A stretch of DNA of 64,000 nucleotides from Narcine bancroftii (Eukaryota): positions 205,030,377 through 205,094,376 of the forward strand of contig NC_091473.1 in the NCBI RefSeq assembly GCF_036971445.1, in the 5' to 3' direction. The translations under genes and the position numbers were made by a program. Below the pieces are notes generated by a model, which was not told where the DNA came from, did no database searches, and was given only the letters and a program-made list of their open reading frames with translations. Of the stretch, positions 1 to 12,955 are shown one piece after another. Position 1 is the first letter of the stretch. Each line of letters starts with the position of its first letter.

Positions 1-251
1 GTTGGAGGGTGTGACCCAGGGAAGGTGAATATACAGACATACACACACATCAACCAGCAAATTGCATGATTGCTTTAATTTCATTTGCTATTTATTGAAA
101 GGAGTTTGTTGCTTCCACAGACTATGATCCACCTTCCAATATAGACACAAACAGGAGTCCCGGACGAGGAGATTCTCGTTGGCACCTCTGGGTAGGGCAT
201 CAGGGAGGCAATCTCTGCGATCAGTGGTTCCTGAAGAGCCCCCATATAAAT

Positions 252-386
252 TTATGAGGGTCCACCAGGCGGGCACCAGTGGAGGAAGTAGACGGTCCCT
301 GAGTCATCGCCACATGCCAGTTGAGCTGGAGAGGACGGGTTCACCATCAGGCATTGGACTGCAGACTGGCAGGGGAAGAGTCCAAC
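252..386 (-). CDS. Candidate terminal WD40 exon of the host gene. Translation is VGLFPCQSAVQCLMVNPSSPAQLACGDDSGTVYFLHWCPPGGPS followed by a stop at 252. Acceptor is tccctccacag.
   Basis: Reverse-complement translation gives a WD-like GDDSGTVYFLHW motif. A polypyrimidine-AG acceptor lies at 387-394 and an in-frame stop at 252. Confidence 0.45.
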   Translation of the reverse strand, partial: VGLFPCQSAVQCLMVNPSSPAQLACGDDSGTVYFLHWCPPGGPS

Positions 387-599
387 CTGTGGAGGGAGGG
401 GGAGATAGTCACAGAGGGTTGCGAGAGGGAGAAGGTCATGGAAGGGGATGAAAAAAGCTTTTTCAACCTGTGGGAGAAAACTTAGGGGTTTCCTACCTGT
501 GTGGGAGAGAGATGAGGGGAATATTCTGGCCCAGAGGAGAGGGGAAGGGGGAGAGGGATGAGGAGAGCGAAGGTAGGCAGGGAATGAGGGCTGATTTAC

Positions 600-704
600 C
601 TGTTTTAGGGTCTCTCGGTCCCACAGCCGCACTGTTTGGTCAAAGGAAGCTGTTGCAATTATGTCTTCAGTTTCCGCGACAGCAGATACTCGGTCAGAAT
701 GTAC
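600..704 (-). CDS. WD40 exon. Translation is VHSDRVSAVAETEDIIATASFDQTVRLWDRETLKQ. Acceptor is tcaatcaccag, donor is gtaaatc.
   Basis: WD signature SFDQTVRLWD. Canonical AG acceptor at 705-710 and GTAAAT donor at 593-599 on the minus strand. Confidence 0.5.
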
Positions 705-754
705 CTGGTGATTGAATGGGGGAGTGGTCAATGAGACACAGACTCGCACCATTC

Positions 755-3700
755 CAACTTTTCTGTCTCACAAACCTAGAATAAAGAACACTCCGCACTC
801 TCCTGTCACCCTCCCTGGGACAGACCCAGAATAAAGCTCCCTCTGCACTGTCTTGTCACAATCCCCGGGACCTACCCAGAATAAAGCTCCCTCCGCACTC
901 TCCTGTCAAACTTTCCATGGGACGGACCCAGAGTAAAGCTTCCTCCACACTGTCCTGTCAGAATCCCTGGGATAGACCCTGAGTAAATATTCCTCTGCAC
1001 TTTCGTGTCACACTCTCCCCGGGACAGAACCAGAGTAAAGCTCCATCTGCATTGCCCTGTCAAACTCTCCCCGGGAACAATATAGAGTAAAGCTCCCTCC
1101 ACACTGTCCTGTCACATGAACCCGGGAACAGTCCCAGAACAAAGCTCACTCCACATTGTCCTGTCTCACTCTCCCCAGGACAGACCCAGAGTAAAGTTTC
1201 CTCCGAACAGTCCAGTCACACTCTCCCCAGGATGGACAAAGAGTAAACATTGCTCCGCACCATCCCGTCACACTCTCCCTGAGACAGACGCAGAGTAAAG
1301 CTCCCTTCGCACTGTCCTGTCACACTCTCCCCAGGAGGGACCCAGAGTAAAGCTTCCTCCTCACTGTCCTGTCACACTCCCCAGGAAGGACCCAGAGTAA
1401 AGCTTCCTCCTCACTGTCCTGTCACACTCTCCTCAGGACAGACCCAGATTAAAGCTTCCACACCAATGTCCTGTCACAATCCTCGGGACAGACTCAGAAT
1501 AATGCACCCTCCACACTGCTCTGTTACAAACCCTGGGATAGACCCAGAATAAAGCTCCCTCCACATTCTCCTGTGAAACTTTCCATGTGATGGACCCAGA
1601 GTAAAGCTTCCTCACACTGTCCTGTCACACTCTTCCCAGGACAGAACCAGAGTAAAACTCACTGCACACTGTCCTGTCACACTCTCCCCGGGATTGACAC
1701 AGAGTAAAGTTCCCTCCGCACCGTCCAGTCACTCTCTCCCCAGGATGGACCGAGAATAAAGCTCTCTCCTGTCACGCTCTCCCGGGGACAGACCCAGAGT
1801 AAAGCTTCCTCCGTACTGTCCTGTCACACTCTCCACGCGTCTGACCCAGAATAAAGCTACCTTCGCACTGATCTGTCACACTCCCTCCGTGTAGACACAG
1901 AATAAAGCTCCTTCCAGACCATCCATAACACTCTCCAGGGGACAGAGCCAGATTAAAGCTCCATCCTCACTCTCCTGTCACAATCTCCCCGGGACAGAAA
2001 CAGAGTAAAGCTCCCTCTGCCTTGTCCTGTCAAACTCTCGCCGGGAAGGACCTAGAGTAAAGCTCCCTCCGCACTGTCCTGGGACACTCACCCCAGGACA
2101 GTCCCAGAAAAAAGCTCCCTCCACCTGTCCTGTCACACTCTCCCAGGGACAGACCCAGAGTAAAGCTCATTCCACACCGTCCTGTCACAATCCCCAGGAC
2201 AGACCCAGAATATAGCCCCCTCCGCACTCTCCTGTCACACTTTCCATGGGAGAATCCCAGAGTATAGTTCCCTCCGTACCGTCAAGTCACTCTCTCTCCG
2301 GGTTGGACCCAGAATAAAGCTCCCTTTGCACTGTCCTGCCACACTCTCCACCGGACAGACTCATAATAATGTTTCCACCGCACTGTCCTGTTACACGCTC
2401 CCCCTGTAGACACAGAATAAAGCTCTCTCTGCACCGTCCTGTCACACTCCCCAGGAAGGACCCAGAGTAAAGCTTCCTCCTCACTGTCCTGTCACACTCT
2501 CCTCAGGACAGACCCAGATTAAAGCTTCCACACCAATGTCCTGTCAAAATCCCCGGTACAGACCCAGAATAAAGCTCCTTCCGCACTCTCCTGTCACACA
2601 CACCTCGAGACAGACCCAGATTAAAGCTTCCTCCGCAATGTCCTGTCAAAACCACTGGGACAGACCCAAAATAAAACTCTCTGTGCACTGTCCTGTCACA
2701 ATCCACGGGATAGACCCAGAATAATGCTCCCTCTGCACTGTCCTGTCACACTCTCCCCGGAACAGACCCAGAGTAAACCTCCCTCTGCACTGTCCTGTCA
2801 AACTCTCCTCCGGACAGACCCAGATGAAAGCTTCCTCCGCAATGTACTGTCAAAATCCCCGGGACAGACCGAGAATAAAGCTCCCTCCACACTCTCCTGT
2901 TAAACATTCCATGGGACGGAGCCAGTGTAAAGCTTCCTCCACAATGTCCTGTCACACTCTCACCAGTATTGACACAGAGTAAATTCCCTCCGGACCATCC
3001 AGTCACACTCTCCCTGGGATGGACACAGAGTAAAGCTCCTCCACACTGTCCTGACACAATCCCCGGGACAGACCCGGAATAAATTCCCTCTGCACTGTCC
3101 AGACACAGTCCCTGGGACAGACCCAGAATAATGCTCCCTCCGCATTATCCTGTCAAACTTTCCATGTGACGGACCCAGAGTAAAGCTTCCTCACACTGTC
3201 CTGTCACACTCTCCCAGGATTGACACAGAGTAAATTCCCTCGCACCGTCCAGTCACTCTCTACCCGGGATGGACCGAGAATAAAGCTCCCTCCTCACTCT
3301 CCTGTCAAAATCTCCCCGGGACAGACTCAGAGTAAAGCTCATTCCACACTGTCCTGTCACAATTCCCGGGACAAATCCAGAATAATGTACTGTGCTGTCA
3401 AAGACTCCACAGGACAGACCCAGAGTAAAGCTCCCTCCGCCCTATCCTGTCACAATCCCGGGACAGACCCAAAATAAAGCTCCCTCTGCACTCTCCTGTC
3501 ACACTTTCCAAGGGACAGACCCAGGGTAAAGTTTCCTCCGTACCGTCCAGTCACACTCTCCGTGGGATGGACCCAGAACAAAACTCCCTTTGCACTGTCC
3601 TGTCACACTCTCGACGGTACAGTCACATAATAAGGTTCCCTCCGCAATATCCTGTCATGCTCTCCCCCGGTAGACCCAGAATAAAGCTCCCATCGCACTG

Positions 3701-6700
3701 TCCTATCACATTTTCCACGGGTCGGACCCAGAATAAAGCTTCCTCCGCATTGTCCTGTCACACTCTCCCCGGGATTGACAAAGAGTAAAGTTCCCTCCGC
3801 ACCGTCCAGTCACTCTTTCCCCGGGATGGACCGAGAATTAAGCTCCCTCCTCACTCTCCTGTCACACTCTCCCAGGGACAGACCCAGAGTAAAGCTTCCT
3901 CCCTACTGTCCTGTCACACTCTCCCCGGGACAGACCCAAAATAATGTTTCCTCTGCACTGTCCTATCACACTCTCCCCCAGTTGACCCAAAATAAAGTTC
4001 TCTCTGCACTGTCCTCTCACACTCTCCCGGGGACAGACCCAGAGTAAAGCTTCCTCCATACTGACCTGTCACACTCCCCGGGACAGACCCAGATTAAAGC
4101 TTACTCCACACTATCCTGTCACACTCTCGACGGGACAGACCCATAATAATGTTTGCTCCGCACTGTCCTGTCACACTCTCCCCCAGTAGACCCAGACTAA
4201 AGCTCTCTCCGCATTGTCCTGTCACAATCCCCGTGATGGATCGAGAATAAAGTTCCCTCCTCACTCTCCTGTCAAAATCTCCCCAGGACAGACCCAGAGT
4301 AAAGCTCATTCCACACTGTCCTGTCACAATTCCTGGGACAAATCCAGAATAATGTACCCTCTGTACTGTTCTGTCAAAGACTCCACAGGACAGACCCAGA
4401 GTAAAGCTCCCTCCGCCCTGTCCTGTCACAATCTCGGGACAGATCCAAAATAAAGCTCCCTCCGCATTCTCCTGTCACACTTTCCATGGGACAGACCCAA
4501 GGTAAAGTTTCCTCCATACCGTCCAGTCACACTCTCATTGGGATGGACCCAGAATAAAACTCCCTTTGCACTGTCCTGTTACACTCTCTGAAGTACAGAG
4601 CCATAATAAGGTTCCCTCCGTAATATCGTGTCACACCCTCCCCCAGTAGACCCAGAGTAAAGCTCTCTCTGCACTGTCCTGTCACACTCTCCTCGGGACA
4701 GACAAAGAGTAAAGATGCATCCGCACTGTCCAGTCACTCTTCAGGAAGGACCCAGAATAAAGCTCCCATCGCACTGTCCTATCACATTTTCCACGGGTCG
4801 GACCCAGAATAAAACTTCCTCCGCATTGTCCTGTCACACTCTCCCCAGGATTGACACAGAGTAAAGTTCCCTACACACCGTCCAGTCACTCTCTGCCCGG
4901 GATGGACCGAGAATAAAGCGCCCTCCTCACTCTCCTGTCACACTCTCCTGGGGACAGACCCAGAGTAAAGCTTCCTCCCTACAGTCCTGTCACACTCTCC
5001 CTGGGACAGACCCAGATTAAAGGTCACTCCACGCTGACCTGTTACACTCTCCACGGGTCTGACCCAGAATAAAGCTCCCTTCGCACTGACCAGTCACACT
5101 CTCTCTGTGTAGACACAGAATAAACCTAACTCCACACTATCCGTAACACTCTCCAGGGGACAGACCCAGAATAAAGCTCCCTCCTCACTCTCCTGGGGAC
5201 AGACATAGACTAAAGTTCCCCCCGCACCATCCAGTCACTCTCTCCATGGGATGGACCGAGAGTAAAGCTCCCTCCTCTTTCTCCTGTCACACTCTCCCGG
5301 GGACAGACCCAGAGTAAAGCTTCCTCTGCCTTGTCATGTCAAACTCTCCCCGGGAAAGAACTAGAATAAAACTCCCATCGTATTGTCCTATCAAATTCTC
5401 CATGGGACAGACCCAAAATAAAGCTCCCTTCACACTGTCCTGTCACACTCTCCTCGTGTCGACAGAGAATAAAGCTCCCTCCACACCATCCGTCACACTC
5501 TCTCCGGGACAGACCCAGAGTAAAGCTTCCTCCGCACTGGCTAGTCACACTCTCCCCGGGACAGACCCAGACTAAAGATTCCTCCGCACTCTCCAGTCAC
5601 ACTCTCCACGAGTCAGACCCAGAATAAAGCTCCCTTCGCACTGACCTGTCACACTCTCCCTGTATAGACAGAGAATAATACTCCCTCAACACCATCCGTA
5701 ACACTCTCCAGGATACAGATCCAGAATAAAGCTCCCTCCTCACTCTCCTGTCACATACACCTAGGGACAGACACAGAGTAAAGCTACCTCTGCCACGTCC
5801 TGTCAAACTCTACCCGGGAAAGACCTAGAGTAAAGCTCCCTCCGCACTGTCTTGTCACACTCACGCCGGGACAATCCCAGAATAAAGCTCCCTCCACAAT
5901 GTCCTGTCACACTCCCAGGGACAGATCCAGAGTAAAGCTCCCTCCGCACTGTCCTGTCACAATCCCCGGGAGAGACCCAAAATAATGCACGCTCCGCACT
6001 GTCCTGTCAAAGTCTCCACAGGACAGAGCCAGAGTAAAGCTCCCTCCGCACTCTCTTGTCACACTTTCCATGGGAGAATCCCAGAGTAAAGTTCCCTCCG
6101 TACCGTCAAGTCACTCTCTCCCCGGGTTGGACTCAAAATAAAGCTCCCTTTGCACTGTCCTGATACACTCTCCACGGGACAGACCCAAAATAATGTTTCC
6201 TCCGCACTGTCCTATCACACTCTCCCCCAGTAGACCCAGAATAAAGCTCTCTCTGCACTGTCAAGTCACACTCTCCCCGGGAACGACCCAGAGTAAAGTT
6301 CCCTCCGCACCGTCCCGTCACTCTCTCCTCAGGTCGGACCCAGAATAAAGCTCCCACCGCACTGTCCTGTCACAATCCTCGGGACAGACCCATAGTAAAG
6401 CTTCATCTGCACTGTCCTGACACACACTCCACGGGACAGACCCATAATAAGGTTCCCTCTGCACTGTCCTGTCACACTCTCCCGGGGATAGACCCAGAGT
6501 AAAGCTTCCTCCGCACTGATTAGTCACACTCTCCCCGGGACAGACGCAGACTAAAGCTTCCTCCGCACTCTCCAGTCACACTCTCCACGAGTCAGACCCA
6601 GAATAAAGCTCCCTTCGTACTGACCTGTCACTCTCTCCCCGTATAGACACAGAATAAAGCTCCCTCCACACCATCCGTCACACCCTCCAGGGACAGACCC

Positions 6701-9700
6701 AGATAAAGCTCACTCCTCACTCTCTGTCACACTCTCCCAGGGACAGACCCAGAGTAAAGCTTCCTCCGCACTGTCCTGTCACACTCTCCCTGGGATGGAC
6801 GCAGAATAAAGCTCCCTATGCACAGTCCTGTCACACTCTCCACAGGACAGACCCATAATAAGGTTCCCTCCGCACTGTCCTGTCACACGCTCCGCCGGTA
6901 GACCCAGAATAAAGCTATCTCTGCACAGTCCTGTCACACTTTCCCCAGGACAGACACAGAGTAAAGCTTTCTCTGCATTGTCAAGTCACACTCTCCCCGG
7001 GAAGGAACCAGAGTAAAGCTTCCTCCGCACTCTACTGTCACAATACCCGGGACAGACCCAGAGTAAAGCTTCCTCCACAATGTACTGTCAACTCTCCTCG
7101 GGACAGACCCAGATTAAAACTTCCTCCACAATGTCATGTCACACTCTCCCTGGGACAGACCCAAGTAAAGCTTCCTCCGCACTGTCCTGACACACACTCC
7201 ACGGGACAGACCCATAATAAGGTTCCCTCTGCACTGTCCTGTCACACTCTCCCCCAGTAGATCCAGAAAAAGCTCTCTCTGCACTGTCCTGTCACACTCC
7301 GGGGACAGACCCAGAGTAAAGCTTCCTCTGTAGTGTCCTGTCACACTCTCTCCGGGACAGACCCAGATTAAAGCTCACTCCACACTGTCCTGTCACACTC
7401 TCCACGGGTCTGACCCAGAATAAAGCTCCCTTCGCACTGACCTGCCACATTCTCCATGGGACAGACCCAAAATAAAGCTCCATCCACACTGTCCTGTCAC
7501 ACTCTCCCCGTTCCGACATAAAGCTCCCTCCACACTATCATAACACTCTCCAGGCGACATACGCAGAAAAAAGCTCGCTCCGCACTGTCCTATTACACTC
7601 TCCTCATGTCGACACAGAATAAAGCACCCTCCACAACATCCGTCACACTCTCCCCGGGACAGACCCAGAATAAAGCTCCCTCCACAATCTCCTGTCAAAC
7701 ATTCCATGAGACGGACCCAGTGCAAAGCTTCCTCCACAATGTCCTGTCACACTCTCCCCGGGAGTGACACAGAGTAAATTACCTCCGGACCATCCAGTCA
7801 CACTCTCCCTGGGATGGACACAGAGTAAGGCTCCTCCACAGTGTCCTGTCACAATCCCCGGGACAGACCCAGAATAAATTCCCTCCGCACTGTCCTGTCA
7901 CAATCCCCGGGACAGACCCAGAATAAAGCTCCCTCTGCATTCTCCTGCCAAACTTTCCACGTGACAAACCCAGAGTAAAACTTCCTCACACTGTCCTGTC
8001 ACACTCTCCCCGGGATTGACACAGAGTAAAGTTCCCTCTGCACCGTCCAGTCACTCTAACCTCGGGATGGATTGAGAGTTAAGCTCCCTCCTCACTCTCC
8101 TGTTACACTCTCCCGGGGACAGAACTAGAGTTAAGCTTCCTCCGTACTGTCCAGTCACACTTACCCCGGGACAGACTCAAATTAAAGCTCACTCCACACT
8201 GTTCTGTCACACTGTCCATGGGACAGACCCAAAATAAAGCTCCCTCCGCACTGTCCTGTCACTCTCTTCCCGGGATGGACCGAGAATAAAGCTCCCTCCT
8301 CACTCTCCTGTCACACTGTCCCGGGGACACACCCAGAGTAAAGCTGCCTCCACGCTGTCCTGTCACAATCCCCGGGACAGACCCTGAATAAAGCTCCCTC
8401 CGCACTCTCCTGTCAAACTTTCCATGGGACGGACCCAGAGTAAAGCTTCCACCGCAATATCCTGTCACACTCTCCGCTGGATTGACACAGAGTAAAGTTC
8501 CCTCCTTACCATCCAGTCACACTCTCCCCGGGATGGCCACAGAATAAAGCTCCACCACACTGTCCTGTCAGAATCCCTGGGACAGACGCTGAGTAAAGTT
8601 CCCTCCGCACCGTCACATCACTCTCTACCCGGGTCGGACCCAGAATAAAGCTCGCTCAGCACTGTCCTGTCACACTCTCCCCATGACAGATGCAGAGCAA
8701 AGCTCCCTCCGCACTGTCCTGTCACATTCTCCCCGTGCCAACACAGAATAAAGCTCCCTCCACACTATTGTAACACTCTCCAGGGGACAGACCCAGAATA
8801 AAGCTCCCTCCTCACTCTCCTGTCACAATTTCCCCAGGACATACACAGTAAATCTCCCTCTGCCTTGTCCTGTCACACTCTCCCAGGGACAGACCCAGAG
8901 TAAAGCTTCCTCTACACTGTCCTGGGATGGACCCAGAATAAAGCTCCCTATGCACAGTCCTGTCACACTCTCCCCAGGAGAGAACCAGAGTAATACTCTG
9001 CGCACTGTCCTGTCACACTCTCCCCGGGATTGACACAGAGTAAAGATCCCTCCGCACTGTCCAGTCACTCTCTCCCCGGGATGGACTGAGAATAAAGCTC
9101 CTCCTCACTTTTCTGTCACACTCTACCAGGGACAGACCCAGTGTAAAGCTTCCTCCGTATTGTCCTGTCACACTCTCCTCGGGACAGACCCAGATTAAAG
9201 CTTCCTCCGCAATGTCCTGTCACAATCCTCGGGACACATCTCTCTCTACCCAGGTCGGACCCAGAATAAAGCTCGCTCAGCAGTGTCCTGTCACACTCTC
9301 CCCATGACAGATGCAGAGCAAAGCTCCTTCCGCACTGTCCTGTCACACTCTCCCCGTGCCGACACAGAATAAAGCTCCCTCCACACTATCGTAACACTCT
9401 CCAGGGGACAGACCCAGAATAAAGCTCCCTCCTCACTCTCCTGTCACAATTTCCCCGGGACAGACACAGTAAATCTCCCTCTGCCTTGTCCTGTCACTCT
9501 CTCCCCAGGACAGACCCATAGTAAAGCTTCTTCCGCACCTTCCAGTCACTCTCTCCCCCGGTAGACCCAGAATAAAGCTCTCTCTGCACTGTCCTGTCAC
9601 ACACTCCCAGAGACAGACCCAGATTAAAGCTCATTCCACACTATCTTGTCTGACCCAAAAGAAAGCTCCCTTCGCACTGACTTGTCACACTCTCCCCGTG

Positions 9701-11360
9701 AAGACACAGAATAAAGCTCCCTCCACACCATCCGTCACACCCTCCAGGGACAGACCCAGAATAAAGCTCCCTCCTCACTCTCCTGTCACACTCTCCCGGG
9801 AACAGACCCAGAGTAAAGCTTCCTCCACACTGTCCTGTCACACTCTTCCTGGGATGGACCCAGAATAAAGCTCCCTATGCACTGTCCCGTTACACTCTCC
9901 ACGTGACAGACCCATAATAAGGTTCCCTTCACACTCTCCTGTCACACGCTCCCACGGTAGACCCAGAATAAAGCTCTCTTTGCACTGTTCTGTTACCCTC
10001 TCACCGGAACAGACACAGAGTAAAGCTTCCTCCGCACTGTCAAGTCACACTCTCCCCGGGAAGGACCCAGAGTAAAGTTCCCTACGCACCGTCCCGTCAC
10101 TCTCTCCCTGGGTCAGACACAGAATAAAGTTCCCTCCGCGCTGTCCTGTCACACTCTACACATGACAGACGCTGAGCAAAGCTCCCTCCCTACTTTCCTG
10201 TCACAATCCCCAGGATAGACCTAAAGTAAAGCTTCCTCCTCACTGTCCTGTCACACTCTCCTTGGAATGGACCCAGATTAAACCTCCCTTCGCACTGTCC
10301 TATCACACACTCTCCGGTACAGACCCAAATTAAAGCTCACTTAACACCGTCCTGTTACACTCTCCATGGGTCTGACCCAGAAGAAAGCTTCCTTCGCACT
10401 GACCTGTCACACTCTCTCCGTGTAGACACAGAATAAAGCTCCCTCCTCACTCTCTTGTCACAATCTCCTGGGGACAGACACAGAGTAAAGCTCTCTCAGC
10501 CTTGTCCTGTCAAACGCTCTTCGGGACAGACCCAAAATAAAGCTCCCTCCACACTGTCCTATCACACTCTCCCCGGGACAGACCCAGAGTAAAGCTTCCT
10601 TCTCACTCTCTTGTCACAATCTCCCCAGGACAGATCCAGAGTAAAGTGCAATCCGTACTGTCCAGTCACTCTCCCAATGACAGAACCAGAGTAAAACTCA
10701 CTGCGCACTGTCCTGTCACACTCTCCACAAGTCAGACCCAGAATAAAGCTCTCTCAGCACTGTATTTCACACTCTCCCTGGGTCGACACAGAATATAGCT
10801 CCCTCCACACTATTCGTAACACCCTCCAGGGGACAGACTCAGAATAAAGCTCCCTCTTCATTCTCCTGTCACACTCTCCCAGTGACCGACCCACATTAAA
10901 ACCTCCTCCACACTGTCTTGTCACATTCTCCCCGTGACAGACCCATAGTAAAGCTCCCTCTGCTCTGTCCTGTCACACTCTCCTCGGTAGAGACCCAGAT
11001 TAAAGCTAACTCTGCAATGTCCAGTCACACTCTCTCCAGGCTGGACACAGAGTAAAGTTCCATCCGCACCGTCCACTCACTCTCTCTCCGGATGGACCCA
11101 GAATAAAGCTCCCTTCGCAATGTCCTATCACACTCTCCACGGGACACACCCAAAATAAAGCTCCCTCTGCACTGTCCTGTCACACTCTCCCCGGGTAGAC
11201 CCAGAATAAAGCTCTCTCTGCACTGTCCTGTCACACCCTCCCCGGGACAGACCCAGACTAAAGCTTCCTCCGGAATCTCCAGTCACACTCTCCACGGGTC
11301 AGACCCAGAATAAAGCTCCCTTCGCACTGTCTTGTCACATTCTCCCCGGGACAGACGCAG
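755..11360. repeat. Tandem satellite array. Unit is about 59-60 bp, consensus approximately CCCAGAGTAAAGCTCCCTCCGCACTGTCCTGTCACACTCTCCCCGGGACAGA. About 175 units, estimated as length divided by period. The array is interrupted at 11360 by the L1-like insertion.
   Basis: Direct reading shows the unit repeating head to tail across the whole block, with point variants and a few 40-120 bp variant units. The six-frame ORFs here (GQTQSKAPSALSCHTLPGTDP-like) are repeat translations. Confidence 0.93.
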
Positions 11361-11765
11361 AGTTAAGCTGATTAGGAGTCACGTGATGGAGTAGTGGCCG
11401 GTCAGGGAATTCCAGCCCTCTCCCGAAAAGTTTAAAAAAAACACTCAAAGCACAAAGGTACATGATTAAAATTTATAATAAAGTAAAAATAAAGGTGAGA
11501 AGAAAATGGCAGCGAAGAGATAAAAGTCGAAAACAACAGGAAGAAAAGAGGAAGAAAGAATGTCGGAAGAAGAAGGTGAAGGCCTTACCTGTCCGAAGAG
11601 GCCCGCCGCGGAGAGAGAAGCCCGCTCCCTCAGGTCAGTGGAAGTCCCGGGCTCGGGACTACAAAAATGGCTCGCAGAGCCGAGTAAAAGTGCGCAACCG
11701 CGCATGAAACAAAACACACTGACGCGAGGGGGGAACAGCTGCGGAGTCGATCTCCACAGCTGAGA

Positions 11766-12521
11766 GTGACACCTGCAACACAGCAGCAGGTGCAGAACAC
11801 AGACAATAACGACAACAAGAAAGAAGAGGGTAAAAAGAAAACAAGGAAACAACAGATGGTCAATCCAGAGGAAGAAGAAGAAGAAGAACAGAAAGAAATG
11901 GATGAAGAACAGAAAGGCAAGACAATGGATGTATCTTTTTTTAAAGAATATATGGAATCAGTGAAAGAATGGCAATTACAAGAATTTAATGAGATAAAAA
12001 GAATTAAGAATGCAGAAGAAAAAATGAATAAAATACAAATGGTCATGTCAGAGATAGGAAAGAGAGTGGAAAATATGGAAGAACGAGAAATAATCGTAGA
12101 AATGGAAGTAGAAGACTTAAAAGAGAAATTAGAAGAATCTAATAAAAAAGTTAAAGAGGCACATGAGCTGTTAGCTCAGAAGATAGATATAATAGAAAAC
12201 TATAATAGAAGAAATAATATAAAGATAGTGGGCCTTAAGGAAGATGAAGAAGGCAAGAATATGAGAGAATTTATAAAAGATTGGATCCCCAGGGTCCGAG
12301 GAAGACCAGAATTACAGGAAGAAATGGAAATAGAGAGGGCACATAGAATTTTAGCACCAAAACCACAACCGCAGCAAAAACCAAGATCCATTTTAGTAAA
12401 ATTCTTAAGATATACAACAAGAGAAAATAGATTGGAGAAAGCAATGAAGAAAGTAAGAGAAGACAAAAAGCCACTGGAAAATAAAGGTCAAAAATTTTTG
12501 TGTATATATATTTATATATAG
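11766..12521 (+). CDS. L1-like ORF1p, copy 1 (251 aa as read; the N-terminal part sits in another frame upstream). It has a coiled coil and an RRM-like NYNRRNNIKIVGLKEDEEGKN ... KPRSILVKFLRYTTRE region.
   Basis: Provided ORF. It is near-identical to the intact 375-aa ORF1 of copy 2. The E/K-rich coiled coil and IKIVGLKE/IVKF motifs are typical of L1 ORF1 (Transposase_22-type). Confidence 0.75.
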   Translation: MTPATQQQVQNTDNNDNKKEEGKKKTRKQQMVNPEEEEEEEQKEMDEEQKGKTMDVSFFKEYMESVKEWQLQEFNEIKRIKNAEEKMNKIQMVMSEIGKRVENMEEREIIVEMEVEDLKEKLEESNKKVKEAHELLAQKIDIIENYNRRNNIKIVGLKEDEEGKNMREFIKDWIPRVRGRPELQEEMEIERAHRILAPKPQPQQKPRSILVKFLRYTTRENRLEKAMKKVREDKKPLENKGQKFLCIYIYI

Positions 12522-12955
12522 TGTGTATACATGAATGTATCCGTATTTAGAGGAAAATATAGAGTATAGACAAGAATTAATAAGGGAGGTAAAGGGAATA
12601 GAGGGAATAAGGAGGGAATTAAAAGAGTGACCTTTGTTACATATGAAAATTGGAATCTTTTCCGTGGGGGCTGGGTGGGGAGGAGTTACGGTCACTGCAA
12701 AATCAGTTGCCGTTTGCAAGTGAATTCGCAAATCCAAATGGAGAGGGGAGATGTGGTTGCTCGACAAGGGATAAAGGGCAACTCAGGAGGGGGAGGGGAG
12801 AATGGGGTTAAACAAGTTTTAAATAGGAGAATAAGGAAAATGTTTGATGTTTTAGAAATGTTGTCTTATAAAGTGTTCAAAACAAGAAAGCAGAAATGGA
12901 TAAGAAGGAAAGGTGATGATGGAGAAACGGAAAGGGAAGATAAACAAAGTATCAA

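Noticed and set aside
755-11360. Dozens of 60-110 aa ORFs on both strands (for example MTGQCGGSFTLGLS... and ...GQTQSKAPSALSCH...).
   Set aside because: They are translations of the 60-bp satellite. They have the same period as the repeat and no independent coding signal.
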